Both the position numbers and the translations under genes were made by a program. A stretch of 64,000 bases of DNA from a candidate division WWE3 bacterium (GTDB lineage: Bacteria; Patescibacteriota; WWE3; JAPLWK01), in assembly GCA_026396615.1 (NCBI GenBank), contig JAPLWK010000008.1, positions 9,096 through 73,095 on the forward strand, in the 5' to 3' direction. The notes beneath the pieces were generated by a model. That model searched no databases. It saw only the letters and a list, made by a program, of their open reading frames with translations, and was not told the origin of the DNA. This document shows positions 49,225 to 58,800 of the stretch, piece by piece. Numbering within the stretch: position 1 is the first letter of the stretch; each line of letters starts with the position of its first letter.

Positions 49225-49299
49225 GGGTGAGTAGCTTAATGGTAGAGCAGACGTCTTATACACGTCCGGTTCCAGGTTCGAATCCCGGCTCACCCACCA
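49225..49299 (+). tRNA. tRNA with UAU anticodon (Ile, reading AUA)
   Basis: GGGTGAG...CTCACCCACCA, anticodon arm GACGT-CTTATAC-ACGTC. Confidence 0.9.
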
Positions 49300-49408
49300 A
49301 AATTCAATCGCTGCGAGCGCAGCGAGAAGTTACACGACTGGTCGGAGTTTTCAGTCCAGCTAAGTGCACCACTTAACAGTCACTAAAATAAATGTTAAAT
49401 TTAAGGTA

Positions 49409-51319
49409 ATGAAAAACGAAAATAAAAGAGATGACGAAGTCACCAGTATTACCCCGGAAACGATCAGGGAAGAACTCCCTAGTCATATCGAAGCCACGGT
49501 TAAGGCTGCTAAAGATCCTCAAGGTCAGGAAAAAGGCTTTGGTTTTGTAATAATTCCGGAAGGAAGTTTAACTGAGCATCCGGAAGTCTTAGGCGGCGCC
49601 AGAGTCGATGGGGCTACCCTAAGAAGTTGGGAAAGAAAGGGAGTGTTCGTCCATGCCTCGGCCATTTCGGGCCATTATCAACGGGAACCGCTTGAAGGTC
49701 TTGTAATTGTTCCCCAGAAAATTGGAATCAACCCTAGAAATGGAATGTATGCCGTTACTGAAGCTCAAACGGCTGAAGCATACAAAAGAGACGCTCAAGC
49801 CACCAGGATCCAAGCGCTCGCGGAACAACAGAAAAAGCAGGCTGAAGCCGCCAGAGAAAAGGCGGAGACCGAAAGGTCCCAGCAAATATTTGACCAACTA
49901 GTAGCAAAAGGACATCACTTAGATTCGGAATCACTTTGGGGAATCGCCAAAAGTTACGCTAGGTTTTATTACGCCAATGATGGTCGCTACCAGCAAGGAG
50001 ATTTACAGGAACAGTTAGCCCAAGCTGAAATCTCCGCGACCACAGCCGTCAAGAGGCAAAAATATGAAGAGGCTTTACCAGGAATCAGAGCCTGGGCTCA
50101 AGAGGAGGCCACTAAATGCGGCGGGGTGGTTGAAGAAGTTGACTGGCCTAAAGAAATTCGAATAGTGCTTAAAGAGGAACCCAAGGAGTATCAACAAGCC
50201 TCAGCGGCCTACGGGCGAGCCGCGGAAGTTGATAAATGGTTAGCCCAACAAAAATTGGTGCCGGTTCTCCCTAAGACCGATGACAACACTAACTACGCTG
50301 GCCGGTTTACCGGGGGTAGGGTGACTGTACACTCATGGTACAGCCCCGGAGATATGTACAGTAACCGCGGCGGCTCTTCTAGCGTTTCTTACGAAGTTGT
50401 CCCGCCTACCGATCAACCGGTAGCGGAAGTGGTAATTTGGAATCGACGTCTTGACGGAGTGACCGTCGATCGGTTAGCTGAATCTGCAGACCTTCGCGCT
50501 AATTTTCCACAAATTCTTAACAAATGGACGGAAGCCGCAGAGCTTGCCGAAGCCTACCAAAGGACTATCGAGTTAAAAGAAGCACAGGAGGCCGAAGCCA
50601 AGAAGCAAGCCGCTGAATATATAGAGTGGTTAACTAATAAAGTCTATCCGCCGATTGCCGATAAGGTGGATGTCACTCAAGAAAAAGAATGGCTCGGCCT
50701 GCCCGTGATTACGAAGTCTTGGTACGACCATTCAGATGTAACCATTAGATCAGTGCTGGTTAGATCCTGCGAGGTTGATATTCCCGGATTTGGCGCTTTG
50801 GATCTAATTCGCCATGGTTACTGGCCCGATGATGTCCGGCCTGCGGCGGCGTATCTTAAGGAGCAGTGGGATAGGCAGCAGCCGGAAGAGGCGGTGGTTG
50901 CAAACGAAACTAAAGACGAAGCTCTCACCAGATTAATAGGATTTGCTTTCAAGGAGGAGAATTTACCAACCATCCCTGGAATGGACTGGAAAATTAGCGG
51001 AGCTCTCCATCAAGCCCAAGCCTTTGCCGATGCTCAAAAAGAAACTTTAGCTCCGGCAATTCCAAAAGTTCCAGGAGAATGGGACCAAAAACACGAGCAG
51101 TACTATACTCACGATTTGGTGTTATCAGGTCGCGGATTACCGGATACAGTCATTTCCTCAATCTACTTTAGAGCCGGTCGACGTGGTAATGGGTACTTGG
51201 CCGAAGTCGAAGGCTCACCAAATTACCGAGTGGACGATTTATTTAAGGCGCATCCTGAGCTTGACCCCCGTCAAATCAGAGCCACCTGGAAAGTCGTGGA
51301 ACCACCCAAAACCTCTTGA
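49409..51319 (+). CDS. Large hypothetical protein with N-terminal cold-shock/OB-like motifs
   Basis: KGFGFV and VFVHASAI motifs, coiled-coil segments. Confidence 0.7.
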   Translation: MKNENKRDDEVTSITPETIREELPSHIEATVKAAKDPQGQEKGFGFVIIPEGSLTEHPEVLGGARVDGATLRSWERKGVFVHASAISGHYQREPLEGLVIVPQKIGINPRNGMYAVTEAQTAEAYKRDAQATRIQALAEQQKKQAEAAREKAETERSQQIFDQLVAKGHHLDSESLWGIAKSYARFYYANDGRYQQGDLQEQLAQAEISATTAVKRQKYEEALPGIRAWAQEEATKCGGVVEEVDWPKEIRIVLKEEPKEYQQASAAYGRAAEVDKWLAQQKLVPVLPKTDDNTNYAGRFTGGRVTVHSWYSPGDMYSNRGGSSSVSYEVVPPTDQPVAEVVIWNRRLDGVTVDRLAESADLRANFPQILNKWTEAAELAEAYQRTIELKEAQEAEAKKQAAEYIEWLTNKVYPPIADKVDVTQEKEWLGLPVITKSWYDHSDVTIRSVLVRSCEVDIPGFGALDLIRHGYWPDDVRPAAAYLKEQWDRQQPEEAVVANETKDEALTRLIGFAFKEENLPTIPGMDWKISGALHQAQAFADAQKETLAPAIPKVPGEWDQKHEQYYTHDLVLSGRGLPDTVISSIYFRAGRRGNGYLAEVEGSPNYRVDDLFKAHPELDPRQIRATWKVVEPPKTS

Positions 51320-51443
51320 CAAACTCTTAGTCCTGTAGTATAATAATGAGTGATCAAGTCTCTTAACCACTGAAACGAGCGAACCCTAATATTCAACATC
51401 CTCTCAGCCCAACCTCATCAAAATGTTATATAATCACTAAGTT

Positions 51444-53282
51444 ATGCCAAATGGAAATCAAAATCCACAGTCAAACGTCAAAGCTCCCAAAAAGAAAAAC
51501 TTTTGGGACAATATTTTCTTTTATCTGTTAATAATTGCCATCGGTTGGGCGTTAATAAGTGCTTTCGGAAACAGTAGCAAAAGCGACGTCACTAAACCCT
51601 TTTCCAATGTTATTGGCCTTGCGCTCCAAGGGAAGGTTAGAGGCATCGAAGTGGCTGGCGACACAGTCACAGTGACCCTTAAGGACAGTTCCAAGTTTGA
51701 TGCCACTAAAGAAAGCAACGTTTCCGTTTTGGAAACCCTGCAGCGAAGCAACGTTGACCTAAATAATATTCCTGATGGCGTGACTACTAAAACAAACCTC
51801 CCCATCCTCGACCTTCTCCTAAATTTTGGCCCAATAATACTAATGGGCGCTCTACTCTTTTTCTTCTTCCGCCGAGCTCAGGGCGGGGCTTCCGACATTT
51901 TGTCGTTTGGTCGCAGCAAAGCTAAATTATTTATTAAAGATGCTAATAAAGAAGTTAAAGGCGTCACTTTTGGCGATGTGGCTGGCTCAACAGAAGCCAA
52001 ACGAGAACTTACCGAAGTAGTCGACTTTTTAAAATTCCCCGAAAAATATCGCAAACTGGGAGCCCGCATTCCTAAAGGGGTTCTATTAATTGGGCCACCC
52101 GGGGTTGGGAAGACAATGCTGGCCAAAGCTGTCGCCAACGAGGCCGGTGTCCCCTTCTTTAGCATGGCCGGCAGTGAATTTATGGAAATGCTCGTTGGCG
52201 TTGGCGCGAGTCGCGTTCGCGATTTGTTTGACACTGCCAAGAAGGCTCAGCCCAGTTTAATTTTCATTGACGAAGTGGAATCTATTGGTAAGCAGCGGGG
52301 TGGCGGGATGATGGGCGGTCATGATGAACGAGAGCAGACCCTTAATCAGATTTTGGTGGAAATGGATGGCTTTGACACCCGCACGAACGTGATCGTGATT
52401 GCGGCGACGAACCGACCGGATATGCTTGATAGTGCCCTGCTGAGACCCGGAAGGTTTGACCGAACAGTAACACTGGAGTTACCAGACTTAAAAGAGCGCG
52501 AGGAAATTATTAAAATTCACATGCGCGGTAAACCTTTTACAGGCAATGTTTCCGTGGAACACGTGGCCCAGCAAACCAGCGGTTTTAGCGGAGCAGATCT
52601 AGAAAATATGCTTAATGAAGCCGCCATTTTAGCCGCCCGCAATGATAAAAAAGAAATTGATGATCGTGATTTAACGGAAGCTTCCCTAAAAGTTAAATTA
52701 GGCCCCGAAAGGCGCCGCTTGCAAAGCGATGAGGATAAAAAAGTAATTGCTTACCATGAAGCCGGGCACGCTTTGGTGTCTTCCCAAATTCCGGGCTTGG
52801 ATCCGGTGACGAGAGTGTCGATTGTGGCCCGCGGCATGGCCCTGGGCTTTACTCAAAGTGCGCCTCTTTCTGATCGCCGTAACGAAAGCAAGACTCGACT
52901 CTTAGGAATGATTACCTCTGCTCTTGGTGGCAGAAGTGCCGAAGAATTAGTCTTTGGTGAAGTAACGACTGGAGCGTCTAACGATATTGAAGTGGCCACA
53001 GCGTTAGCGCGAAGAATGGTTACCGAGTTTGGAATGAGCGAACTCGGGCCTGTCTCTTTTGATAATTCAAATGAGAAGATGCTCTTCCCATTTGGTGATT
53101 CTGCGATGTCGGAAGAAACTAAAAGTAAAGTCGACAAAGCTGTTAAAAAAATCGTCGACGATGCCCACGAAAGAGCTTTAGAATTATTAACCACACATCG
53201 CGAAAAGCTCGACAAAATCGTGGCCGGTTTAGTAGAAAAAGAGACTTTGGAAGCAGAAGACTTTAAAGTGTTGATTGGATAA
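51444..53282 (+). CDS. ftsH: ATP-dependent zinc metalloprotease FtsH
   Basis: 2 [13 protein letters not shown] (LLRPGRFDR) and HEAGH. Confidence 0.98.
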   Translation: MPNGNQNPQSNVKAPKKKNFWDNIFFYLLIIAIGWALISAFGNSSKSDVTKPFSNVIGLALQGKVRGIEVAGDTVTVTLKDSSKFDATKESNVSVLETLQRSNVDLNNIPDGVTTKTNLPILDLLLNFGPIILMGALLFFFFRRAQGGASDILSFGRSKAKLFIKDANKEVKGVTFGDVAGSTEAKRELTEVVDFLKFPEKYRKLGARIPKGVLLIGPPGVGKTMLAKAVANEAGVPFFSMAGSEFMEMLVGVGASRVRDLFDTAKKAQPSLIFIDEVESIGKQRGGGMMGGHDEREQTLNQILVEMDGFDTRTNVIVIAATNRPDMLDSALLRPGRFDRTVTLELPDLKEREEIIKIHMRGKPFTGNVSVEHVAQQTSGFSGADLENMLNEAAILAARNDKKEIDDRDLTEASLKVKLGPERRRLQSDEDKKVIAYHEAGHALVSSQIPGLDPVTRVSIVARGMALGFTQSAPLSDRRNESKTRLLGMITSALGGRSAEELVFGEVTTGASNDIEVATALARRMVTEFGMSELGPVSFDNSNEKMLFPFGDSAMSEETKSKVDKAVKKIVDDAHERALELLTTHREKLDKIVAGLVEKETLEAEDFKVLIG

Positions 53283-53425
53283 AGGAAACATGTCATTCCG
53301 GGCTTGACCCGGAATCCAGTAACGGATTAAAATTTTTAATTTAAAATTTTTAATCAAACATTAATTTTTAATGAATTAATTCATTAATTATTGATTGAAA
53401 ATTAAAAATTGGTAATTAAAAAATT

Positions 53426-54358
53426 ATGTCTACCTTACTAATCTTAGATACATTTAATTTCCTACACCGCGCCTTTCACGCCATTCCCGCGACTTTAACT
53501 AATAGTGACGGTGAACCGATTAATGCCGTTTACGGAGTGGCCTCGATGCTCCTTACTATCATTGCGGATCAGCAGCCCACATATTTAGTGGCCGCCATGG
53601 AAAGCAAAGAAAAAGAAATTATTCGGGCTAGTCAATTTGTGGGTTATAAAGCCACTAGGCCAGAAATGGACTCGGGGCTGCGAAACCAAATCCCTAAAGT
53701 CGAGCGTCTTTTTTCCGCCATTGGTATCCCCCAACTTAAAGTGGAAGGTTATGAAGCCGACGACGTCATCGGCACTTTAGCCACCCAAATGATTAAAGTA
53801 GATCCCACCTTACAAGTTTTAGTGGTTAGTAATGATCAAGATATGATGCAGCTCATCAATCCTCGCGTCAAAGTTCTCTCACCCACTTTAGGCTCGGCCA
53901 AAAAGCCAGAGCTCTACGACGAAGCAACCATGATTGCTAAATACGGTTTTAAGCCGCGGCAGATGATTGACTATAAATCCCTGCGCGGCGATCCGTCAGA
54001 CAATATTCCCGGCGTTTTTGGCATTGGCGAAAAAACGGCTAAAGAATTAATCGAACAATTTGGAAATTTAGATGCGATTTATAATAATTTAGGAAAAGTG
54101 ACGAAGGAAAGTGTTCGCACGAAGTTGGCCGAAAATGCCGAAATGGCCGTGCAAAGTAAAATGCTAGCCACCATTAATTGTGATTTACCACTGTCAGAAA
54201 AGCTAGCCGATTTAAAACTCCCTAGTGATTGGAAAATAAAGGCAATAGATGTACTAAAAGAATTTCACTTTAAATCTCTCGTCGCCCGCCTCGAAGGTCC
54301 CGTGACAGCATCAAAAACCAAAGTCGACCCCGACTCTCCGCAACTAGGTTTACTGTAA
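53426..54358 (+). CDS. Stand-alone 5'-3' exonuclease (PolA N-terminal domain)
   Basis: YKATR, EADDVIGT and GDPSDNIPGVFGIGEKTA. Confidence 0.95.
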   Translation: MSTLLILDTFNFLHRAFHAIPATLTNSDGEPINAVYGVASMLLTIIADQQPTYLVAAMESKEKEIIRASQFVGYKATRPEMDSGLRNQIPKVERLFSAIGIPQLKVEGYEADDVIGTLATQMIKVDPTLQVLVVSNDQDMMQLINPRVKVLSPTLGSAKKPELYDEATMIAKYGFKPRQMIDYKSLRGDPSDNIPGVFGIGEKTAKELIEQFGNLDAIYNNLGKVTKESVRTKLAENAEMAVQSKMLATINCDLPLSEKLADLKLPSDWKIKAIDVLKEFHFKSLVARLEGPVTASKTKVDPDSPQLGLL

Positions 54359-54411
54359 AAACAAAAAAACCGACACCCTGTTGTTTAAAAACAAAGTGTC
54401 GGCCGGAGAAG

Positions 54412-54756
54412 CTACACTCGAAGTGCTTCAACCAAGAGATTGATTATCTCGTGAAGCTGCGCCTCCAAGAAAACGTGAACAGCAAAGACATCAGCCCGTA
54501 GGAGGTTGTCGTTGTTCTTCACAGCACAGTTAATCAGAACCGCCCATCTCCCACCAACCGTTCTCATCGGACTCACCTGATGAAAAACCGGCCCGAGTAC
54601 TTTATGAAACCAAGTGTCAGTTGGGTAACCGGTGACCGGAATCTTGGGCTCAAAAAGCATCGTCACTTCTACGAAGCCGTTAATATTACCAACAACTCCC
54701 ACAAACGTCAGGTCGCCCATAGCATCATGTAGTATGGGGTTACGATCTTTATCCAT
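54412..54756 (-). CDS. Hypothetical protein
   Basis: AAGGAG RBS, terminator hairpin at 54369-54403. Confidence 0.6.
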   Translation of the reverse strand: MDKDRNPILHDAMGDLTFVGVVGNINGFVEVTMLFEPKIPVTGYPTDTWFHKVLGPVFHQVSPMRTVGGRWAVLINCAVKNNDNLLRADVFAVHVFLEAQLHEIINLLVEALRV

Positions 54757-54909
54757 ATTTAAATCTCCTTATCTAATTGCGAGTCTTTATAAACAGGGCG
54801 ATGGTAGCATGCGCAAGCGTTTACAGCAACCATCCTTAATGCTAAGATTCAAGGCGGAAAGATACATTAAGCTCGTTGACAACTACTGTGAATTATCTAA
54901 AATGAAGTA

Positions 54910-55221
54910 ATGCCGAAAGAAACACGAAAGTATTCCGATCGCCCCGAGTACATGACGATGGCCGTAACGCGCCGGCGTCGGAGGCTTAAAGAGATGGCAG
55001 TAGGTTTAAAAGGCGGCTGTTGTCATTTTTGTGGATATAATAAATACATCGGAGCTTTAGACCTTCATCATATTAATGAAAGTGAAAAGAGTTTCGGTCT
55101 TTCATCTCGAGGCCTAACTCGTGGTTGGGAAAAGGTGAAATTAGAACTTACTAAGTGTGTTCTGGTTTGCGCTAATTGTCATAGAGAAATTCATGGTGGT
55201 TTATTAAAAATTGAATATTAA
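54910..55221 (+). CDS. Small HNH endonuclease-like protein directly upstream of tRNA-Asn
   Basis: CxxC, LDLHH and CANCHREIH. Confidence 0.85.
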   Translation: MPKETRKYSDRPEYMTMAVTRRRRRLKEMAVGLKGGCCHFCGYNKYIGALDLHHINESEKSFGLSSRGLTRGWEKVKLELTKCVLVCANCHREIHGGLLKIEY

Positions 55222-55225
55222 ATGT

Positions 55226-55300
55226 TCCTCCCTGGCGCAATGGTAGCGCGGCGCCCTGTTAAGGCGATGGTTGGTGGTTCGAATCCACCGGGAGGAGCCA
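55226..55300 (+). tRNA. tRNA-Asn(GUU)
   Basis: TCCTCCC...GGGAGGAGCCA, loop CTGTTAA. Confidence 0.95.
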
Positions 55301-55595
55301 AAGTTTACGAGAGGCGTAAAAAGCAATCTTATCAAAGGGTTTTACCCAGTCGTAGCTTACTTTCTTGCCCGTAAGCGTTAAGTTCTGAAGTGCCATTTTC
55401 AAAAGCAGTCGTTTTTCTAGCGGTTCAGAACTTTCAAAGATTTTGCTGGCGTTAGAAGCCAGTTTTAGCAAGTAATCAGAGGTAATATAGTACTCTTCGT
55501 CAGCGACCCGCAGCTTGCCCATTTTGGTCTCAATACCCTTCTGTTTTTCCCTAAACTCTTTTCTCTTTTTCTCATAGTAGCTCTCAGTAATCCAC
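55259..55595 (-). pseudogene. C-terminal remnant of a large serine recombinase reading into tRNA-Asn
   Basis: ITESYYEKKRKEF...LLKLASNA..FESS..EKRLLL...NLTL..KPFD..WL is the typical tail of CPR large serine recombinases. No catalytic N-terminus. Confidence 0.75.
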
Positions 55596-55695
55596 CATCA
55601 CTACTATAAAGCCCTTTTGTGGACGGGCTAAACTTGTCGTGGTCCAGTATTGTAAACATTCCTGGTTTAAGTGTTAGCACAATAGTGTCTATCAT
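55596..55695 (-). pseudogene. 5' fragment of an element gene (replication protein-like) fused to the recombinase remnant
   Basis: MIDTIVLTL...FSPS start is truncated after ~33 codons. Confidence 0.5.
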
Positions 55696-55963
55696 TTTGG
55701 TTTTTCATTACTTCTTCGTAACGCTTTACAACTTCGTCCTCTGCAAATTCCGCAAAACCTTTGTTTAAGGGATAGAAAATGTTTAAGTTCCTCTCGGCCA
55801 CTTTTTTCGTTGGGTAAATTAGCCTGTACCCGCCACTTGGCCTGGTCATAATGCCGATTGAGCCAAGATAAAGGTTGTTGTCCAGCACAAAACTGGCAAA
55901 GGCTACCAGCCCGTTCTGCGGTTTTATGGGTATTATTTGGACCTCAGTTAGTCGGTTTTCCAT
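55667..55963 (-). CDS. SpoVG family protein
   Basis: GLVAFASFVLD..LYLGSIGI..GYRLIYP..IFYPLN. Confidence 0.8.
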   Translation of the reverse strand: MENRLTEVQIIPIKPQNGLVAFASFVLDNNLYLGSIGIMTRPSGGYRLIYPTKKVAERNLNIFYPLNKGFAEFAEDEVVKRYEEVMKNQNDRHYCANT

Positions 55964-56111
55964 AGGTTTTCGTAACATTTACCCTGCGGTCAATTTCCAT
56001 TAGGACCGAGAAGAAGTCAGTTAAATGCCTCTTTTCTTCGGTCGTTAAAATTAACCTGTTGGGCTGTAGTTGCTGGTTATTTAATTCTGAAACGACCTTG
56101 CTTATTTCCAT
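55944..56111 (-). CDS. Small hypothetical protein (55 aa, not in ORF track)
   Basis: MEISKVV...LTDFFSVLMEIDRR...PTN*, overlapping the SpoVG start. Confidence 0.55.
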   Translation of the reverse strand: MEISKVVSELNNQQLQPNRLILTTEEKRHLTDFFSVLMEIDRRVNVTKTYGKPTN

Positions 56112-56172
56112 TAAGCAAAGTCTAGAAAATGGTGTGCTAGCTTTAAGTAGCTAGTAATTAGCTAAAAACTAG

Positions 56173-57552
56173 CTAGATGTACTTGGGGTTAATGTGGACT
56201 GTGTTCTGGGTATAATCCAAAAAGTCGTTTATGCCAGTTTTCTGTGCGATAGCTTTGGCCAAGCCGTCGCAAGCAGGGTAAAACTTTTTCCTACATTTTT
56301 GTAAAACAACCTCATCGTCAGTGCCTTCAATTTGCTGGACGACCTCATCCCAACTCCAATCTTTCTTCTTGTTTTGAGGGCTTTTCATCAATAAAGCAAT
56401 TAAATTGGTTCTAAACCTATCCTTTTGTAGCTTTAATTCTCGCTCTTGTATGTGCAGGGTGCTAGTTTTGTCGTTATAGCTGGAAGTGAGTGGCTTCTGA
56501 GCCTCAGATGGTTTTGTAACCGTTGGCAATACTGGCTCTATGGACCCTCGTTTTTGTTCAACTAATTTTGCTGTTTCCCAAGTATCCAAGAAATTATTTA
56601 CATCTACCTGAACTTCTGCATCAACCGAGTTTTTACTGTGGGAGTAATCTTTAATCACACCAATTTTCTGAAGATAATTTAGTGCTGTGAGGTACCAATC
56701 AGCCAACTCATCAATATCGTGACTGTCGTAGCCTTCAATCTCGTTTAGCGAGCGTATAAATGGTAAGTTGAGTGTGCTTGATTGGCTAAGTTGTAATTGG
56801 TCATCAATTTGAGCTAGAACCGAATAAATTTGACCGAAATTGGTTGCTGACAGGTTCTCAATCTTCCCTTTCTGCTTTATTTGATACCCTTCGTACCAGG
56901 TATCAAAGCCGTCAAGAACATCAATATAGAAGAGGCTGGGGTTAATTGGTTGTTCGCTGAGAGGTAAAAGCCTATTAGTTATCTGACGGACCTTAATAAT
57001 TTTCTCATCTTGCAGTTGTAGCAGGATGTTACGGATTTCCTCGTTGTCCAAGTAATTCAACCCACTATTTGCATTTGTGTGTAGTGTTGTTGGTTGGTCC
57101 TTGCGGGTGGCCTTTCTGGCCTCAATAATGGCTTTGACAATGCGTCCTAGCTTCTCTTCATAAGGCATTAGAGTGCTACTACCCAGCTTTTCAGGGCTAG
57201 TTACTGGTTTTTTGCCTGTAAATCTTTGATATTCTGGCTCTTGTTGGATTTTTAGAAAGTAGCGGTCAAAAGCGGGGAGAAGTTGAAGATGCCAGCAACC
57301 GTCGTCAGCGTGGTCATAAGGGTCAAACTCGTCAAGGTACGACTTTATCCTCGTGGGAACTTTTAGGACCTTTAAGACCTTCTCGTCTTTTTCTAATTTG
57401 GTTAACAATTGCGGTAGCTCAGTACCGCTATAATTTTGGTACAGGCCTTTAGAAGGGTCTAGCAGGGCTGGTTGGCCAGAAGGGGCAATAACCCTTGCGT
57501 CCTCAATTCTATTTAAGAGTAAATATAGCTTTTCTTTGCCGTTCATAATCAA
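56173..57552 (-). CDS. Hypothetical protein of integrated element, possible C-terminal wHTH
   Basis: 459-aa ORF, tail resembles a winged helix. Confidence 0.7.
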   Translation of the reverse strand: MIMNGKEKLYLLLNRIEDARVIAPSGQPALLDPSKGLYQNYSGTELPQLLTKLEKDEKVLKVLKVPTRIKSYLDEFDPYDHADDGCWHLQLLPAFDRYFLKIQQEPEYQRFTGKKPVTSPEKLGSSTLMPYEEKLGRIVKAIIEARKATRKDQPTTLHTNANSGLNYLDNEEIRNILLQLQDEKIIKVRQITNRLLPLSEQPINPSLFYIDVLDGFDTWYEGYQIKQKGKIENLSATNFGQIYSVLAQIDDQLQLSQSSTLNLPFIRSLNEIEGYDSHDIDELADWYLTALNYLQKIGVIKDYSHSKNSVDAEVQVDVNNFLDTWETAKLVEQKRGSIEPVLPTVTKPSEAQKPLTSSYNDKTSTLHIQERELKLQKDRFRTNLIALLMKSPQNKKKDWSWDEVVQQIEGTDDEVVLQKCRKKFYPACDGLAKAIAQKTGINDFLDYTQNTVHINPKYI

Positions 57553-57675
57553 TCATTACTTTTTCAAGAATTACGCTGTTATTTACCTATTTTATCACTG
57601 CTTTACATTGGCCACTATATTTTGGTATCATTTGATAAGTGAAATGTCCTTTTGGGACTTAAGGGGGTGATATAT

Positions 57676-58041
57676 GTGAAAAAACAAAGAGGTAAATTTT
57701 TAACCTTTATGCTGGTGTTAGCAGCTTTAGGCATTATTCAAACTCCTTATTACTTAATAAATACTAACGCCCTCCAATTGGCTTACGGCAATGTTCCTTC
57801 GTGGTATCCGATATATGCGGTACTAGGTCTGGGACTTGGCATCGGAATGATAATTGGAATGTGGCAACTAAAAAAATGGGCCGTGTACTTGCTAGTTGCA
57901 TCTACTACACTGACCTTCTTGTCACAGTTATTTATACTAAAGCCAGCTCAACAGTTTGCAGGTGTCACATATGCGATGACCATAGTATCGGCTGGTTTGT
58001 GGTTTTGGGCAATATCACGGAAGTGGGCTTCTTTTGATTAG
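57676..58041 (+). CDS. Hypothetical 4-TM membrane protein
   Basis: GGGGTG RBS, GMWQLKKWAV. Confidence 0.7.
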   Translation: MKKQRGKFLTFMLVLAALGIIQTPYYLINTNALQLAYGNVPSWYPIYAVLGLGLGIGMIIGMWQLKKWAVYLLVASTTLTFLSQLFILKPAQQFAGVTYAMTIVSAGLWFWAISRKWASFD

Positions 58042-58133
58042 TTTCTAATGTATGCTCCCTCTACCAGTATGGCACGGAGCATATTTAGTTAACCGTCTCT
58101 TTACAAAGATTATTGATTTGCTAACATTCTAGT

Positions 58134-58541
58134 ATGAGTGGAGCAGCAGCAGGAGCCGCTGCGGCAGCAGCTGCGGCCGCTAGGATGCGGCAAGAGGAAG
58201 AAGAAATGACAACTTACACACCAGAAGACCTTAACAATGGTTGGGAGTTCAAGATACTGAGAGCCAATAGAATTGGCGGCTTTAAGGACCCGCTGGTTCT
58301 TAAAAAAGCTCTTGATGAAGAAGCACAAACAGGCTGGCAACTTGTAGAGAAGTTTGACGACTACCGCTTGCGGTTAAAAAGGAAGATAAGCGAACGCAGT
58401 AAGGACTCTCAGGCAACTAGTGACCCCTACAGAACAATCTACGGAATGTCTACCGCAGCTATGTTTTGGTTAGTTATGGGTGGTACATTGGGATTTACTG
58501 CCTTAATTATTTTGATAGCCTTTGCTGCCTCTGGTACATAA
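58134..58541 (+). CDS. Hypothetical protein, poly-Ala N-terminus and C-terminal TM
   Basis: EEEEMTTY..GWEFKILR..EEAQTGWQLVEKFD. Confidence 0.75.
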   Translation: MSGAAAGAAAAAAAAARMRQEEEEMTTYTPEDLNNGWEFKILRANRIGGFKDPLVLKKALDEEAQTGWQLVEKFDDYRLRLKRKISERSKDSQATSDPYRTIYGMSTAAMFWLVMGGTLGFTALIILIAFAASGT

Positions 58542-58800
58542 CCTAACCGTACTAACTATTTATCACATAAACCCTACATTAAATGTCTTACTTTCTTCAA
58601 ATCAGGCTAAGTGGTCAATAACGCCAGCGTATACAGTTTGGATATTTTGAAGCGTAAAACCGTACTCTAACTCTTGGTTGCAGAATAGGTATTTTAAGGG
58701 GAGCCACTAAACTCTAGTATTTCCTTGTTATTAAAGCCCAAACTCAATCCGTACATCTACTTGACAGATGTACAGTTAAACATGTATTATCCATACATCT

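Larger units (their letters stand above)
2611..53319. repeat. GTCATT-type (CGTC/dRS3-like) REP family, ~22 copies
   Basis: Consensus GTCATTCCGGGCTTGACCCGGAATCCAG. Copies at ~2611, 4285, 4542r, 6725, 20450, 20499r, 20787, 20919r, 22612, 22730r, 28487, 36845, 37969, 38048r, 39593, 40778, 40809r, 43620, 43678, 43734r, 46364, 53292 (r = reversed). Confidence 0.95.

Noticed and set aside
49149-49376. 75-aa ORF
   Set aside because: It overlaps the UAU tRNA gene.
2611-53319. REPs or tandem repeats as a CRISPR array
   Set aside because: Copies are dispersed, there are no regular unique spacers, and no cas genes are present.
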